This document shows positions 50,182-60,199 of a DNA stretch of 64,000 bases, one piece after another; within the stretch, counting starts at the first letter, position 1; each line of letters starts with the position of its first letter. Position numbers and translations under genes: made by a program. The notes beneath the pieces were generated by a model. The model had not been told where the DNA came from. It saw only the letters and a program-made list of their open reading frames with translations, and ran no database searches. The stretch comes from Acidobacteriota bacterium (GTDB taxonomy: Bacteria; Acidobacteriota; UBA6911): the NCBI GenBank assembly GCA_963664705.1, contig OY761556.1, forward strand, positions 960,001 to 1,024,000, read 5' to 3'.

Positions 50182-52215
50182 TTAGGCATTGGAGACCAGA
50201 CTGGCATTTCCACTCGATGAAGCAGAGAGATGGTTTGTTCCTTGTTTATCCACTATTTTTGCTAATTCAGATATCAACGCGGTCCAGCTCGTCGATGCTT
50301 TATAAGCAATTTTCGTCACGTGTTCGCTTAGCTGCTTCTTCTCTTCCGGCGTTAAGGTCATTGCCGTCAACACCACAATCGGAATAGAACGGTACCTTTC
50401 GTTGGCGCGGAGCCGGCTGACAAATTCAAAGCCATCCATTTCAGGCATCATCAGATCCAGCAGAATGAGTGACGGGATCGCCTCCGCAACTTTTTCCAGG
50501 CCGATCAGTGCGTTGGGCGCTTCATCCGCCTCCCAGCCATCCCGTTCCAACAGACGTCTCAACAGTTCCCGGCTGGGTTCATCATCCTCAATAATCAAAA
50601 CGGAGCCGGGGCATCCGTCGGGGCGGAATTTCCTCAAAATGGCCATCAGCCGATCCGGGTGGACCGGCTTAGTCAGGTAATCCGAAGCCCCCAGAGTGAA
50701 TCCGCGGTTCTTGTCGTCAATGATCGAAACCATTACAACAGGTATATCGGCAACCTCAGGATCGGCCTTCAATTCTGAAAGCACATCCCACCCGCATGTA
50801 TTTTCCATGAGAACATCCAGCGTGATGGCAATAGGGCGGTATTGCTTTGCCAGAGCAATGACCTCGCTCCCCTGACCGGACGAAACCACCGTAAACCCTT
50901 CTCGCGTAAGGAATCGCGTTATCAGGTCGCGAGCTACCGGATCGTCGTCCACTATCAGGACGGTCCTCTGATCCGCCTTCTCCGGCCGGACCACTGAACC
51001 TTGTGCCGCTGGAATCTGTGGTTGCGTGGATGGAGTCTGGTTCGCAGGGAAGCGGCAGGTAAAAGCGGTTCCTTCGCCGGGTCTGCTCTCTACCGTAATA
51101 TCTCCGCCCATGATCCGACAGAATCGCTGGCTGATCGCGAGCCCCAGCCCGGTCCCCCCATACTTGCGTGTAGTGGATGCATCCGCCTGCTGAAATGGCT
51201 GGAATAGACTGCCGATCTGCTCCGATGTCATCCCGATGCCTGTATCCCGGACCCAAAATACAATTTCGTCTCCCGCCTCTCCTTGTCGACGTGTTGCCTC
51301 GATCCAGATGCTGCCATTTTCCGTAAACTTGCAGGCATTGCTCAAGAGGTTCAACAGGATTTGTCTTATCTTGACAAGGTCCCCATCCATCCATCCCAGG
51401 TCGGAGGAACAGTCGACGGTGATGGTGTTGCTCTTGCTGAAGGCGGTGGGTTGTATGGTGTGCAGCACCTCCTCAACCATATGGCGAATTTCAAAGTTCT
51501 CGACATAGAGCTGCGTTTTTCCTGCCTCAATCTTCGAAAGATCCAGGATGTCGTTGATCAGTCCAAGGAGATGTTTTCCCGCAGAGTTGATCTTCTTGAG
51601 GTCCGGCACGACCTCTCCCTGCTCGTCGGCTTCTTCCTGGAGGAGTTCGCTGTAACCTATAATCGCATTGAGGGGCGTTCGCAGTTCATGGCTCATGTTG
51701 GCCAGGAATTCGCTTTTGGCGCGGCTAGCCAGTTCTGCATGGTTTTTTGCTGCAATCAGCTCTTCATTGATGCGAGTCAATTCTCTGGTTCTGCCGGATA
51801 CCTCTTCTTCCTGCCGGTTCCGCTGATCCTGCAGTTGCTTATCCTTCAACTCAATCTCACGCAGCATTCTGTTGAAGTCATCCGTAATCGCGCCGATTTC
51901 TCCGCCGGAACTCCTGGCAATGCGAAGCGAATAATCCTCTTGATAGGATAGGCGCCGGGTTGTCGATGCCAGTTTGACAATAGGCGCCGATATCCAGTGC
52001 TGGAGCGCCAGGGAGAGAGCCCCTGCCACGAGCAGGGATATGCCCAGGATTACGGACAGTGCCGCAACAGCGCTCGCCAGGCTCAAGACCATCGGGCCGT
52101 TGATGAGTACATAAAGGCAGGCCAGCACGCCGACGATCAGCAGGGCTGAAGCGGTTGTGATCATCAGGACCACGGTCAGCTTTTTTTTGATCGGCCAAGC
52201 CTCAAGTGCATTCAT
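50182..52215 (-). CDS. hybrid histidine kinase (TM hairpin-HAMP-HisKA-HATPase-REC-REC)
   Basis: [12 protein letters not shown] and GGTGLGL motifs; two receivers; no periplasmic loop. Confidence 0.92.
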   Translation of the reverse strand: MNALEAWPIKKKLTVVLMITTASALLIVGVLACLYVLINGPMVLSLASAVAALSVILGISLLVAGALSLALQHWISAPIVKLASTTRRLSYQEDYSLRIARSSGGEIGAITDDFNRMLREIELKDKQLQDQRNRQEEEVSGRTRELTRINEELIAAKNHAELASRAKSEFLANMSHELRTPLNAIIGYSELLQEEADEQGEVVPDLKKINSAGKHLLGLINDILDLSKIEAGKTQLYVENFEIRHMVEEVLHTIQPTAFSKSNTITVDCSSDLGWMDGDLVKIRQILLNLLSNACKFTENGSIWIEATRRQGEAGDEIVFWVRDTGIGMTSEQIGSLFQPFQQADASTTRKYGGTGLGLAISQRFCRIMGGDITVESRPGEGTAFTCRFPANQTPSTQPQIPAAQGSVVRPEKADQRTVLIVDDDPVARDLITRFLTREGFTVVSSGQGSEVIALAKQYRPIAITLDVLMENTCGWDVLSELKADPEVADIPVVMVSIIDDKNRGFTLGASDYLTKPVHPDRLMAILRKFRPDGCPGSVLIIEDDEPSRELLRRLLERDGWEADEAPNALIGLEKVAEAIPSLILLDLMMPEMDGFEFVSRLRANERYRSIPIVVLTAMTLTPEEKKQLSEHVTKIAYKASTSWTALISELAKIVDKQGTNHLSASSSGNASLVSNA

Positions 52216-52216
52216 G

Positions 52217-52816
52217 CTACATCCTTCCGGCGTGGGAGTCTTCTCGGATGATCTTTGCCAGACTCAGCAGTTGCGAGCTGATTTTCAGTCGCGCCTTTTC
52301 AGCTGCGTCAATGTTGATTTCAAAACGAACTTTGTTTTCTTCAATATAAAAGTTGATAATGCCGCCCTGCCTTCCAAATCGATCCGTTTCTCCAATAGTC
52401 AGGACCGGGATCCCTTTGATGCCCGCAAGAACGGCTGATGCCGACTTTGCCTCCGAGGCACAGAGCAGAAGTATGTGCACGCCTCGGATCTCCCCCGGCC
52501 ATGCAAGTTGGCGCAAAACCAGATCTCGGCCATTTATGCTTTTGTTTTGAAACGATTGTGCCAGCTCTCTTCCGACCGGATCGTCTCCAATAATGCCGAT
52601 AACAAGGGGAGAATTCCTGTCTGCAAATGCACTGGCCGGCCACTCCACAAACTTAATGAAATTGAATAAAAACGCCGCTTTAACCTGTTGCTCTGACAGG
52701 GTACTTGGCTTATCTCCGCCTGCAGCCTTTGCGGCAACCAGAGGATAAACCGCCAATAGAAGCAGTAAAGCAACCAATACCCTCTTTGGGGCGCAGCCTG
52801 GGAATGCAAAAATCAT
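52217..52816 (-). CDS. yfiR: YfiR-family (DUF4154) periplasmic protein
   Basis: [19 protein letters not shown] and VRFEIN...[11 protein letters not shown] motifs. Confidence 0.88.
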   Translation of the reverse strand: MIFAFPGCAPKRVLVALLLLLAVYPLVAAKAAGGDKPSTLSEQQVKAAFLFNFIKFVEWPASAFADRNSPLVIGIIGDDPVGRELAQSFQNKSINGRDLVLRQLAWPGEIRGVHILLLCASEAKSASAVLAGIKGIPVLTIGETDRFGRQGGIINFYIEENKVRFEINIDAAEKARLKISSQLLSLAKIIREDSHAGRM

Positions 52817-54828
52817 CTGCGACCTTCGGAAAATGGAATATGGTAAAGCGCCCTGAGCCGGAAAGTCCGTCCGTCCTGATCAATGCCGTTTTGCCGGTGT
52901 TCCTCTGAGCCGGGATCGGCGTATCTTTTTCCAAAAATATTGTAAAGCCCGCCGCTCAGCTCGAAATTCCTGAACAGTTTCTGCGAGAAAAGCGTCAGGT
53001 TGGCGATTGTATAGCCCCCCACGGCATTGTCTGCTATCGTTCGACGCGAACTCATATAGAATGCTTCCAACCCCGCGAAAAGCTTCCCCCGAATACATGG
53101 AATAGAGAGTCCTGCCTTTGCCATATGTTTGGGCGAACCCGATAGCATGCTGTTCGTGCCGGTATCTTTAGCCTGCTGCAGTGTATAGCTGAATTGCGTC
53201 TGCAATCCGCTCGAGGCGCGCCCGCTTATTTGGAGCTCCATCCCCTTTGCATTTACCTTGCTGGCATTCTGATAGACCATCAGCAGAGTGATGGGCGCTA
53301 ATTCCTGGCTTATAAGATTTTTGATTCCATAGTCATAGAAGGAAGCGCCTATTCGCAAATTTTCCCCAAATCTGCGTTCGACCACGACTTCATAGGTCCG
53401 GATGCTTTCGGGTTTCAGCGAAGGGTTATCAAATGACGTTCCTCCCCGGTAATACTGCTCATACGTGCTTGGGGCACGAAAGGCCTGGCCGTACAGGAAC
53501 TTCAAATTGGTCCTTTTTGAATAGCCATATATTAGCCCGATTCTGGGATTGGTTGTTCCGCCGAAGGAGTCGTAGTAATCATGCCGCAAACCCGCGTTCA
53601 GGATCAGATCTTTGGTGATCTTATATTCGTCCTGTGCATAGAATGCCCATAACGCAGATCCGCGTGTGTCCGCTAGGTGGCTGAAGTAGGGGGCCTCATC
53701 ATGATTGAATTGATCCTGATTGAAATTGTTCCGATACTCCAACCCGGCTGTAAACCGATGCCTGGCCAGGAACCTTTTAGTTAGCTGAACCTCGGTTCCC
53801 CACGAATCTCCCCTGGCATAATCCCGATTAAGGAACGAATAGGGCGTGTCCGTATCGGAGTTGCTGTAAAGATAATCCCCGTTGTATCGATACCGGTCGA
53901 ATGTAAAACGAACCGTTAGCCCCAAACTTGCCGCGATTTGCTTGTCGTACTGGAGATCCGCAAATGTCCGTTCGTCGATCGTAAAGGTGCGGTCTGTGTT
54001 GAAGACAGTTTCAAAGGCACCCGTAGGTATTATTTTCTTCCTGGACCCATAGCCGGCGTGGATAGAGAGGTCTTTAAAGCGAAGGCTGGCGTAGAGAGTC
54101 CTGTTCCTCTCCGCATCTGCTTTTTGCGCAATTCCGAAGTTGGTTCCCGGACTGTCATATTCAGGGAAATAGAGCGTGTCGTGGCCTCGGCTGTCCAGCA
54201 CGGATCCGGAGAAGAGATATTCCAATCCGCTCTCAAACTTCTGCCCCACCGTCGATCGGCCCTTATACCGGCCATTGCTCATAATTTCGGCTGATGCCTG
54301 GCCACCCCGTATGTCCCGGCCGGTTTTGGTCACTATGTTGATGATTCCAAAAAAGGCGCTGTTGCCGTACAAAGAGGAACTTGGGCCCCGGATGACTTCG
54401 ATACGGCTGATGATGTCGATATCGATCGGTGATTCATCCCCGGCAAGAACGCTGTCAAAGACATTGTCATTCAGTCGATGACCATCCACGAGTATCAGCA
54501 GACGGATATTGTAATCGCCGGGGCGTGAGAAGCCTCGCTCCCCGATGTAGGAGTAATTCCGGTCGTTTGTGACGTAAAAGCCCGGTAATGCTCGCAGCAC
54601 ATCATTGATATTGCGATATCCGTATCGTTGGATTTCCTCGGCCGTAATAATGGTAATGGAAGATGGCGCTTCCGAGGCTTTCTGCAGGAATTTGGAGGCG
54701 CTGAATATTTCAACGTTCATCAGATCCTGCAAGCTCAGATCCGTCAGGTCCCCCTTTTCGGCGGCATAGGAAGCGGCACCGGCCAACATTGCTATTGATA
54801 TGATTAGGCTTAGACGTGCTCTGGGCAC
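52813..54828 (-). CDS. TonB-dependent outer-membrane receptor
   Basis: LSLQDLMNVEI.SAS, plug motif RIEVIRGPSSSLYG, NPSLKPE and C-terminal GRTF; GGGGAGG RBS. Confidence 0.93.
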   Translation of the reverse strand: MPRARLSLIISIAMLAGAASYAAEKGDLTDLSLQDLMNVEIFSASKFLQKASEAPSSITIITAEEIQRYGYRNINDVLRALPGFYVTNDRNYSYIGERGFSRPGDYNIRLLILVDGHRLNDNVFDSVLAGDESPIDIDIISRIEVIRGPSSSLYGNSAFFGIINIVTKTGRDIRGGQASAEIMSNGRYKGRSTVGQKFESGLEYLFSGSVLDSRGHDTLYFPEYDSPGTNFGIAQKADAERNRTLYASLRFKDLSIHAGYGSRKKIIPTGAFETVFNTDRTFTIDERTFADLQYDKQIAASLGLTVRFTFDRYRYNGDYLYSNSDTDTPYSFLNRDYARGDSWGTEVQLTKRFLARHRFTAGLEYRNNFNQDQFNHDEAPYFSHLADTRGSALWAFYAQDEYKITKDLILNAGLRHDYYDSFGGTTNPRIGLIYGYSKRTNLKFLYGQAFRAPSTYEQYYRGGTSFDNPSLKPESIRTYEVVVERRFGENLRIGASFYDYGIKNLISQELAPITLLMVYQNASKVNAKGMELQISGRASSGLQTQFSYTLQQAKDTGTNSMLSGSPKHMAKAGLSIPCIRGKLFAGLEAFYMSSRRTIADNAVGGYTIANLTLFSQKLFRNFELSGGLYNIFGKRYADPGSEEHRQNGIDQDGRTFRLRALYHIPFSEGRR

Positions 54829-54864
54829 GGATTTATTCCTCCCCTTCTATGGCTTGCCATGTCC

Positions 54865-54891
54865 TTATCGGCCGAAAGCGAGGAAAACTTA
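54865..54891 (-). promoter_or_regulatory. sigma28 (FliA-type) promoter of the TBDR-yfiR operon
   Basis: TAAGTTTT-N11-GCCGATAA on the minus strand, 36 nt upstream of the start codon. Confidence 0.7.
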
Positions 54892-55077
54892 GTCAGTCCA
54901 AACTCTATTTTTCTTTGCACTTATCGGTATCGAAACGGACTCGATCCTGTGGCCGACAGCCGCTGAAGTTTCACTGTTTCCGATTCAATGGGGGCGGGGA
55001 TTTACGCGGGGGCGCAAACACGAACACCTGCGGAATTTGCGGCTGCGCGCGGCAACGGGCTCCATTTGCCGCGGTAA

Positions 55078-56997
55078 TTATTTTCTCCCGGATACAGGGT
55101 TGGAGTAGTGAAACGGGACTTCGATGATTTTCGGGAAGGGAGTGGAAACAATACCCTTTGCATTGGCGTCGATATCCGCCCAGCCTCTTTTGTAATCGGC
55201 CGTCCAGGTATAATCCAGGTCCATGCCGCTGAGCTTCCACACTCCACCCTCAACGGCAGTGCTGCATTCATAAATGCCGGAGATCCATGAGCCGCTGCCT
55301 CCCGAAGCGCCTGCAAGCTGAAATAGTCTTACCCTCATCTTGGTGCTCTGACCATCCGACGCGACGTGAATAACGGGCTGAATCAGCTGGTGGGCTATCA
55401 GAAACTCATACGACTTTTTGCCCGGATATCGGCGCTTCAGGGATTCCCGAATGTTTTCGCGCCCGGTATCCACGCCGATGCCGGACAGATCCCTTTTGGC
55501 ATCCAATGTAAAAAGATCGGCGGTTTCGTCCCACATGAAATCATCCAGATAATAGCCGTAGGCGGAGGCAAGGTTTTCGGACGCATCGTAGGCGACTGCA
55601 GCCCCGAGCATTCGTTCCGTTTCGGAGATCGCATCCGGAAGGCTCGCCGCAGCGGGCAGTCGCGGTTCATTCCGGGGCGTTCTATCCGGTCGATCGTGGT
55701 GGTTTGAGCGGGTGGCGCCTGGGTATTGTGGCGCAAGGCCCGTAACGGGGTTGCTAAAATGGAAAGGCGGTATGAAAAACTTTGGGAAAATCGGGTAATG
55801 ATTCGCAGGAGGACGGTCGGGAGGGAATTCCTTGCTGGGACCGGGGGCGGGCTGTGCATCGCGGGCCCATCCTTTTGAATAATCAGTGATCAGCCTCGGG
55901 AAAAAGCGCAGCGACTTGATTTGCCAGGTTCCGTTTCTCTTGACGAACTCATTTTCAAATGTGCCTTCTCTCCATTCGGCGCTTTTGCCGTTGATTCCCC
56001 ACATCGTCAACTCGGTGCTTCGGGCCTTTGCCATGCGACCGCCAGGCTCAACAGTGACAATGGTCTGGAGCTGAAGGTGGTCATTCAACTCTCCTTCGCG
56101 CAGCCCTCCGGCTCCATACTGATCCAGAGCTCGCCGGATACTTGCTTTTCCGACATACACCCCCTGCAATCCCAGCTCCATCGAAGCGTCCGGGGCGAAC
56201 AGGTCTGCCACGTGATCCCACATTTTCCGGTCAACGTAATAGCCATAGATGCGCTGGAGATTTTCGACCTCCTGGGCATCGACCAGTTGCCTGACACGAT
56301 GCTGGAGCATCGCCGCATGTTTGCGAAGATCCTGCGGGCTTGCCGTAGGCTGATCCGGCATGAGGACGCTGGCGGATTCGGGAATGGGGACTCCGACCAT
56401 GGCTGGCGTGTAGTGCACCGGTGTTGCTTCTTTATCGGTTGTCCAGCCCGGCTGTTCGTATAGACCCGTGTACCTGGAGTAGTAATGCAGATCTTTTATT
56501 TTCCAGACACCCTTTTCGAGTACATATTCATTTTCGTAGATGCCTCCGGCCCAGACGGCATTGCTTCCGAAATTTCCCAGCATTGCCAGAACGCGCCATC
56601 GCCCTTTTGCGGCTTTTCCGCCAGGCGCTAAAGTCACAACGGGTTCCAGCATGAAATGCGGGTAGAACATTCCGTCGACCAGTCCAAGTTTTCCTTTGCC
56701 AATGTCCGTGAGAAAAAGCTTCCGAATCGCATCCTTTCCCAGAGTGCCGGATGGATAATGCCCGACACCGTTTTCGGCAAACAGGTCCGCAAGATCATTC
56801 CACAATCCGAATTCGGCATAATGTCCATAGGCATACTGGAGACGCTTGATGTTGCGGATAGCTTCGGCGCTTTCCACGCGGGATTCGAGGCGATGAAGAC
56901 GCTGCTGGAGGGGGATGGATTCCGCTGGCTTATCGGCTCCGAGGGTGAAAGCACCGCACAGAAATGTCAGACAGAGTACCGCAGGGAATTTTTTCAT
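55078..56997 (-). CDS. secreted protein with three tandem NTF2/SnoaL-like domains
   Basis: Signal peptide; three repeats of L..xYG.Y...W...ADLF ... G.YE......G.W.I. Confidence 0.8.
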   Translation of the reverse strand: MKKFPAVLCLTFLCGAFTLGADKPAESIPLQQRLHRLESRVESAEAIRNIKRLQYAYGHYAEFGLWNDLADLFAENGVGHYPSGTLGKDAIRKLFLTDIGKGKLGLVDGMFYPHFMLEPVVTLAPGGKAAKGRWRVLAMLGNFGSNAVWAGGIYENEYVLEKGVWKIKDLHYYSRYTGLYEQPGWTTDKEATPVHYTPAMVGVPIPESASVLMPDQPTASPQDLRKHAAMLQHRVRQLVDAQEVENLQRIYGYYVDRKMWDHVADLFAPDASMELGLQGVYVGKASIRRALDQYGAGGLREGELNDHLQLQTIVTVEPGGRMAKARSTELTMWGINGKSAEWREGTFENEFVKRNGTWQIKSLRFFPRLITDYSKGWARDAQPAPGPSKEFPPDRPPANHYPIFPKFFIPPFHFSNPVTGLAPQYPGATRSNHHDRPDRTPRNEPRLPAAASLPDAISETERMLGAAVAYDASENLASAYGYYLDDFMWDETADLFTLDAKRDLSGIGVDTGRENIRESLKRRYPGKKSYEFLIAHQLIQPVIHVASDGQSTKMRVRLFQLAGASGGSGSWISGIYECSTAVEGGVWKLSGMDLDYTWTADYKRGWADIDANAKGIVSTPFPKIIEVPFHYSNPVSGRK

Positions 56998-57012
56998 ATC
57001 GCAGGAACCCGT

Positions 57013-57036
57013 GCTGGGAGCGCCGGCGCTCCCAGC
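57013..57036. repeat. perfect 24-bp palindrome (REP-like)
   Basis: GCTGGGAGCGCC|GGCGCTCCCAGC. Confidence 0.7.
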
Positions 57037-57046
57037 GGCGCTAGCG

Positions 57047-58420
57047 TTATTCGGTAATTCCGTAGCGCTTGATTTTGGAAATGAGCGATACGCGCGAGAT
57101 GCCCAGGATCTCGGCGGCGGCAGTTCGATTGCCTTCCGTCAATTTAAGCGTACTTTGAATATGTGCTGCCTCGACTTCATTGAGTGTCTTGCGTTCCGAC
57201 GGAGGTACGGATACAGACCGGGTAGTATTGACCGCATTCAAAACATAGCGGGGCAATGAGCGCCGCGTCAGCGTCCTTCCGGTTTCGACCACCACGGCCT
57301 CGGCAATGATATTGTCCAGTTCGCGCACATTTCCCGGGAAGTCGTACAGATCAAGCAGGTCAATAACGTCCTGTTCGATCAGGGAGATGGACTTGTTGTT
57401 TGTCCGGTTATGCTTTTCGAGAAAGCAGTTTGCCAGCAGTTCTACATCCCCCTCGCGCTCGCGCAGCGGCGGGAGGAAAACCGAGCAAATGTTCAGTCGG
57501 TAATAGAGATCCCGACGGAAGCGTCCTTTGTCGATTTCATCTGCGAGATCTTTATTTGTGCATGCGATGATCCGAACATCCGATCCGCGTTTTTCCGTGG
57601 AGCCGACGCGAAAGTACTCCCCCTCCTGCAGCACGCGCAGCAGTTTGGATTGCACAGGCAGTTCCAGTTCGCCGATTTCATCCAGCACAAGGGTGCCGCC
57701 ATCGGCTTTCTCGAAAAAGCCGGCCTTGCTTTGGATGGCGCCGGTGAAAGCACCTCGCTCGTGCCCAAAAAATTCCGAAGAAAACAGTTCCGAAGCGAAT
57801 GTCCCCGCATTTACCGCGAGGAAGGGCCTGTCTTTTCGGCGGCTGATCTGGTGAATGGCGCGTGCTACCAATTCTTTGCCGGTTCCGCTTTCTCCCCAGA
57901 TCAATACATAGTTTTCGCTTTCGGCGATCTGGTCTACGCGCTGAAGCACCCTGAGGAATGCTTTGTTCTGCGTAATGACCGACTGAAAGGCTTCCTTGTG
58001 ACGCAATCCCTCCAGGTTTACCTGGTCACGCAATTTTGATATTTCGCCCCGCATCTGAGATCGTTCCAGGGCCCGTTCCAAAACAATGAGGAGGCGGCCG
58101 TTATCTACTGGCTTGCATAGATAATCATAGGCGCCGATTTTCATCGATTCGACCGCAAGCTGCACATCTTCAACACCGGTAATGACAATGACCTCGATGC
58201 CGGGGTGTTTTTCCTTCACATAAGCAAGCACTTCACGGCCGTGGACAACAGGCATATCCATGTCCAGCAGAATGGCGTCGAAATTTCCCGAGTCAATGAC
58301 GTCGAATGCCTTGGTGCTGTCGCTCAAGACCTGGACTTCGTAATGCTGAGTCTGGGCAAGAAGAATCATGAAGTAATTGAGAACGGCAACATCGTCGTCG
58401 ATCACCAGAACGCGGTTCAT
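57047..58420 (-). CDS. NtrC-family sigma54-dependent response regulator
   Basis: REC domain; GESGTGKE, GAFTGA and FPGNVREL motifs; Fis-type HTH. Confidence 0.95.
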   Translation of the reverse strand: MNRVLVIDDDVAVLNYFMILLAQTQHYEVQVLSDSTKAFDVIDSGNFDAILLDMDMPVVHGREVLAYVKEKHPGIEVIVITGVEDVQLAVESMKIGAYDYLCKPVDNGRLLIVLERALERSQMRGEISKLRDQVNLEGLRHKEAFQSVITQNKAFLRVLQRVDQIAESENYVLIWGESGTGKELVARAIHQISRRKDRPFLAVNAGTFASELFSSEFFGHERGAFTGAIQSKAGFFEKADGGTLVLDEIGELELPVQSKLLRVLQEGEYFRVGSTEKRGSDVRIIACTNKDLADEIDKGRFRRDLYYRLNICSVFLPPLREREGDVELLANCFLEKHNRTNNKSISLIEQDVIDLLDLYDFPGNVRELDNIIAEAVVVETGRTLTRRSLPRYVLNAVNTTRSVSVPPSERKTLNEVEAAHIQSTLKLTEGNRTAAAEILGISRVSLISKIKRYGITE

Positions 58421-58422
58421 TC

Positions 58423-59880
58423 CTAACTCCTTGAGGATGCTGCGGGAAGATGGTATCGAAGCGTCGTGCCCTCTCCAAGCTTCGTATCGACATCAACCGA
58501 TCCCTGATGATCCTTGATGATACCGTAGGCCACCGAGAGGCCTAATCCCATGCCGCCAGTTTGTTGTTTTGTTGTGAAAAATGGGTCAAACAGCCTGCTT
58601 TTGACCTCTTCCGTCATGCCCGGGCCATTATCCGAAATGCAGATGCTTACACGCATCCGCTGCGGGTCGTGGACGGTTTTTACCTCGATGGCGCCGCCCG
58701 GTCTTTCTCCAAGTGCTTCGGAGGCGTTGATGAGATTGGCTACGATTACCTGTTCGATTTTGTTGGCGCTTCCTTTGACCTTGGGCAGGTCCGGATCCAG
58801 CTCGCTGGTTACCTTGTAGCGCTTGATCTTATTGTGGACGAGCCTGAGGCTGGAGCGGATCGATTCATTGATGTCGACCGTTTCATCCAGCGCCGCGCCA
58901 TCCGCGCGAGCGAACTTCTTCAGATCCCTCACAATGTCGGCAATCCGAACGGTGCCGTTGGACATGTCCTTCAGAAGCGTCGAAATGTGTTGCCGGAACA
59001 GCGGATAGTCAAGCCGGGCCACCTTGAACCCCGGATTCAGTTCGAAATGACGGTCGATAATCGGGAGCATGCAATCCATCGCTTCGCTGAGGATGCGCAT
59101 GTTACCCTGGATGAACTGAATAGGATTATTGATCTCATGGGCCATGCCCGCAGAAAGCCTGCCCAGAGATACCAGCTTTTCCGACTGGACCAGTTGCTGC
59201 TGTTGTTCCCGGAGCACGTTGTTTGCCTCTTCAAGGTCGACCGATTTCTTTTCCAACATGCTCCTGGCCTGCATGAGTCCATATTCGCGGTCCCGCAGGT
59301 TTTGCACGATGGTGGAACTCATCGAGATCGTGCTGAGGATCAGGATAAGAAGGGCCACGCTGACGGCGAGGATATACCACGGGTTCTGGTATCCCGTGGT
59401 GCCGATCTCCCGGATGGTGTAATGCGGGATGATGCCAGTGTATTCCAGGAAAACGACGAGGAGGAAGAGGAGGTACGCAAAAAGTCCTTGCGACCATATC
59501 TGCGGACGCCGGAGCATCAGGCTGCCAATAATGACGTGGAGAAGATAAAGAAATATAAATGGAGTTTCGATTCCCCCCGCGAAGTGAATGACCATGGTCA
59601 AGGACAGGTAGTCGGCGTAAACCTGTCGATTGGCCGCTCTCTGCGCGCGCTTGGGATAGTGAATCCCAAGCCGCTCAATGTAGACATGACGCAGCGAGAA
59701 TCCGAGGTTATACGCAAAAATGAATCCGCCGACCAGAAGCAGCTTGAGATAGGGAAGATGGATCCCTGCAGACCAGCAGATGCCGAGCGTCAGAAACAGA
59801 CCGGCAATAAAAGCCCAGCGGATCCGGATGAACCATCCGATCCGGGAGAACAGTTCTTCTTCAATAAAAAGCCGGTCCAT
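58423..59880 (-). CDS. multi-TM NtrB-like sensor histidine kinase
   Basis: QSEKLVSLG, AHEINNP, DNGPG and FDPFFTTK motifs. Confidence 0.93.
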   Translation of the reverse strand: MDRLFIEEELFSRIGWFIRIRWAFIAGLFLTLGICWSAGIHLPYLKLLLVGGFIFAYNLGFSLRHVYIERLGIHYPKRAQRAANRQVYADYLSLTMVIHFAGGIETPFIFLYLLHVIIGSLMLRRPQIWSQGLFAYLLFLLVVFLEYTGIIPHYTIREIGTTGYQNPWYILAVSVALLILILSTISMSSTIVQNLRDREYGLMQARSMLEKKSVDLEEANNVLREQQQQLVQSEKLVSLGRLSAGMAHEINNPIQFIQGNMRILSEAMDCMLPIIDRHFELNPGFKVARLDYPLFRQHISTLLKDMSNGTVRIADIVRDLKKFARADGAALDETVDINESIRSSLRLVHNKIKRYKVTSELDPDLPKVKGSANKIEQVIVANLINASEALGERPGGAIEVKTVHDPQRMRVSICISDNGPGMTEEVKSRLFDPFFTTKQQTGGMGLGLSVAYGIIKDHQGSVDVDTKLGEGTTLRYHLPAASSRS

Positions 59881-60138
59881 AGAAAGGGTAATGTCTCCGA
59901 AGGAACACTACATGATATGGGAAAGTTCATTTTGAAGCCACTTCATAATAATCTGCCTGCATAAATCACCGGGGAGATAGCAGATTCTCCTGACTCGACA
60001 GAATTAGACACATGTTTATCAGCATTCCTGGAATTAGCAAATGAAGCTGGGATCTGTGGAGGGCGAAGCCTTCGGAGTGCTTTGGCTTGCCACGGCCTTC
60101 GGCTTTTATTGGTTTTCAAGGGCGGCCGCAAGCTGCCT

Positions 60139-60171
60139 CCGGGCCGTCGGTACTGAATGCCGACGGCCCGG
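60139..60171 (-). terminator. 12-bp hairpin downstream of the oxidoreductase
   Basis: CCGGGCCGTCGG-N9-CCGACGGCCCGG. Confidence 0.65.
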
Positions 60172-60199
60172 CAAACGGCAAGAGTAGTTGGATTGAAGA

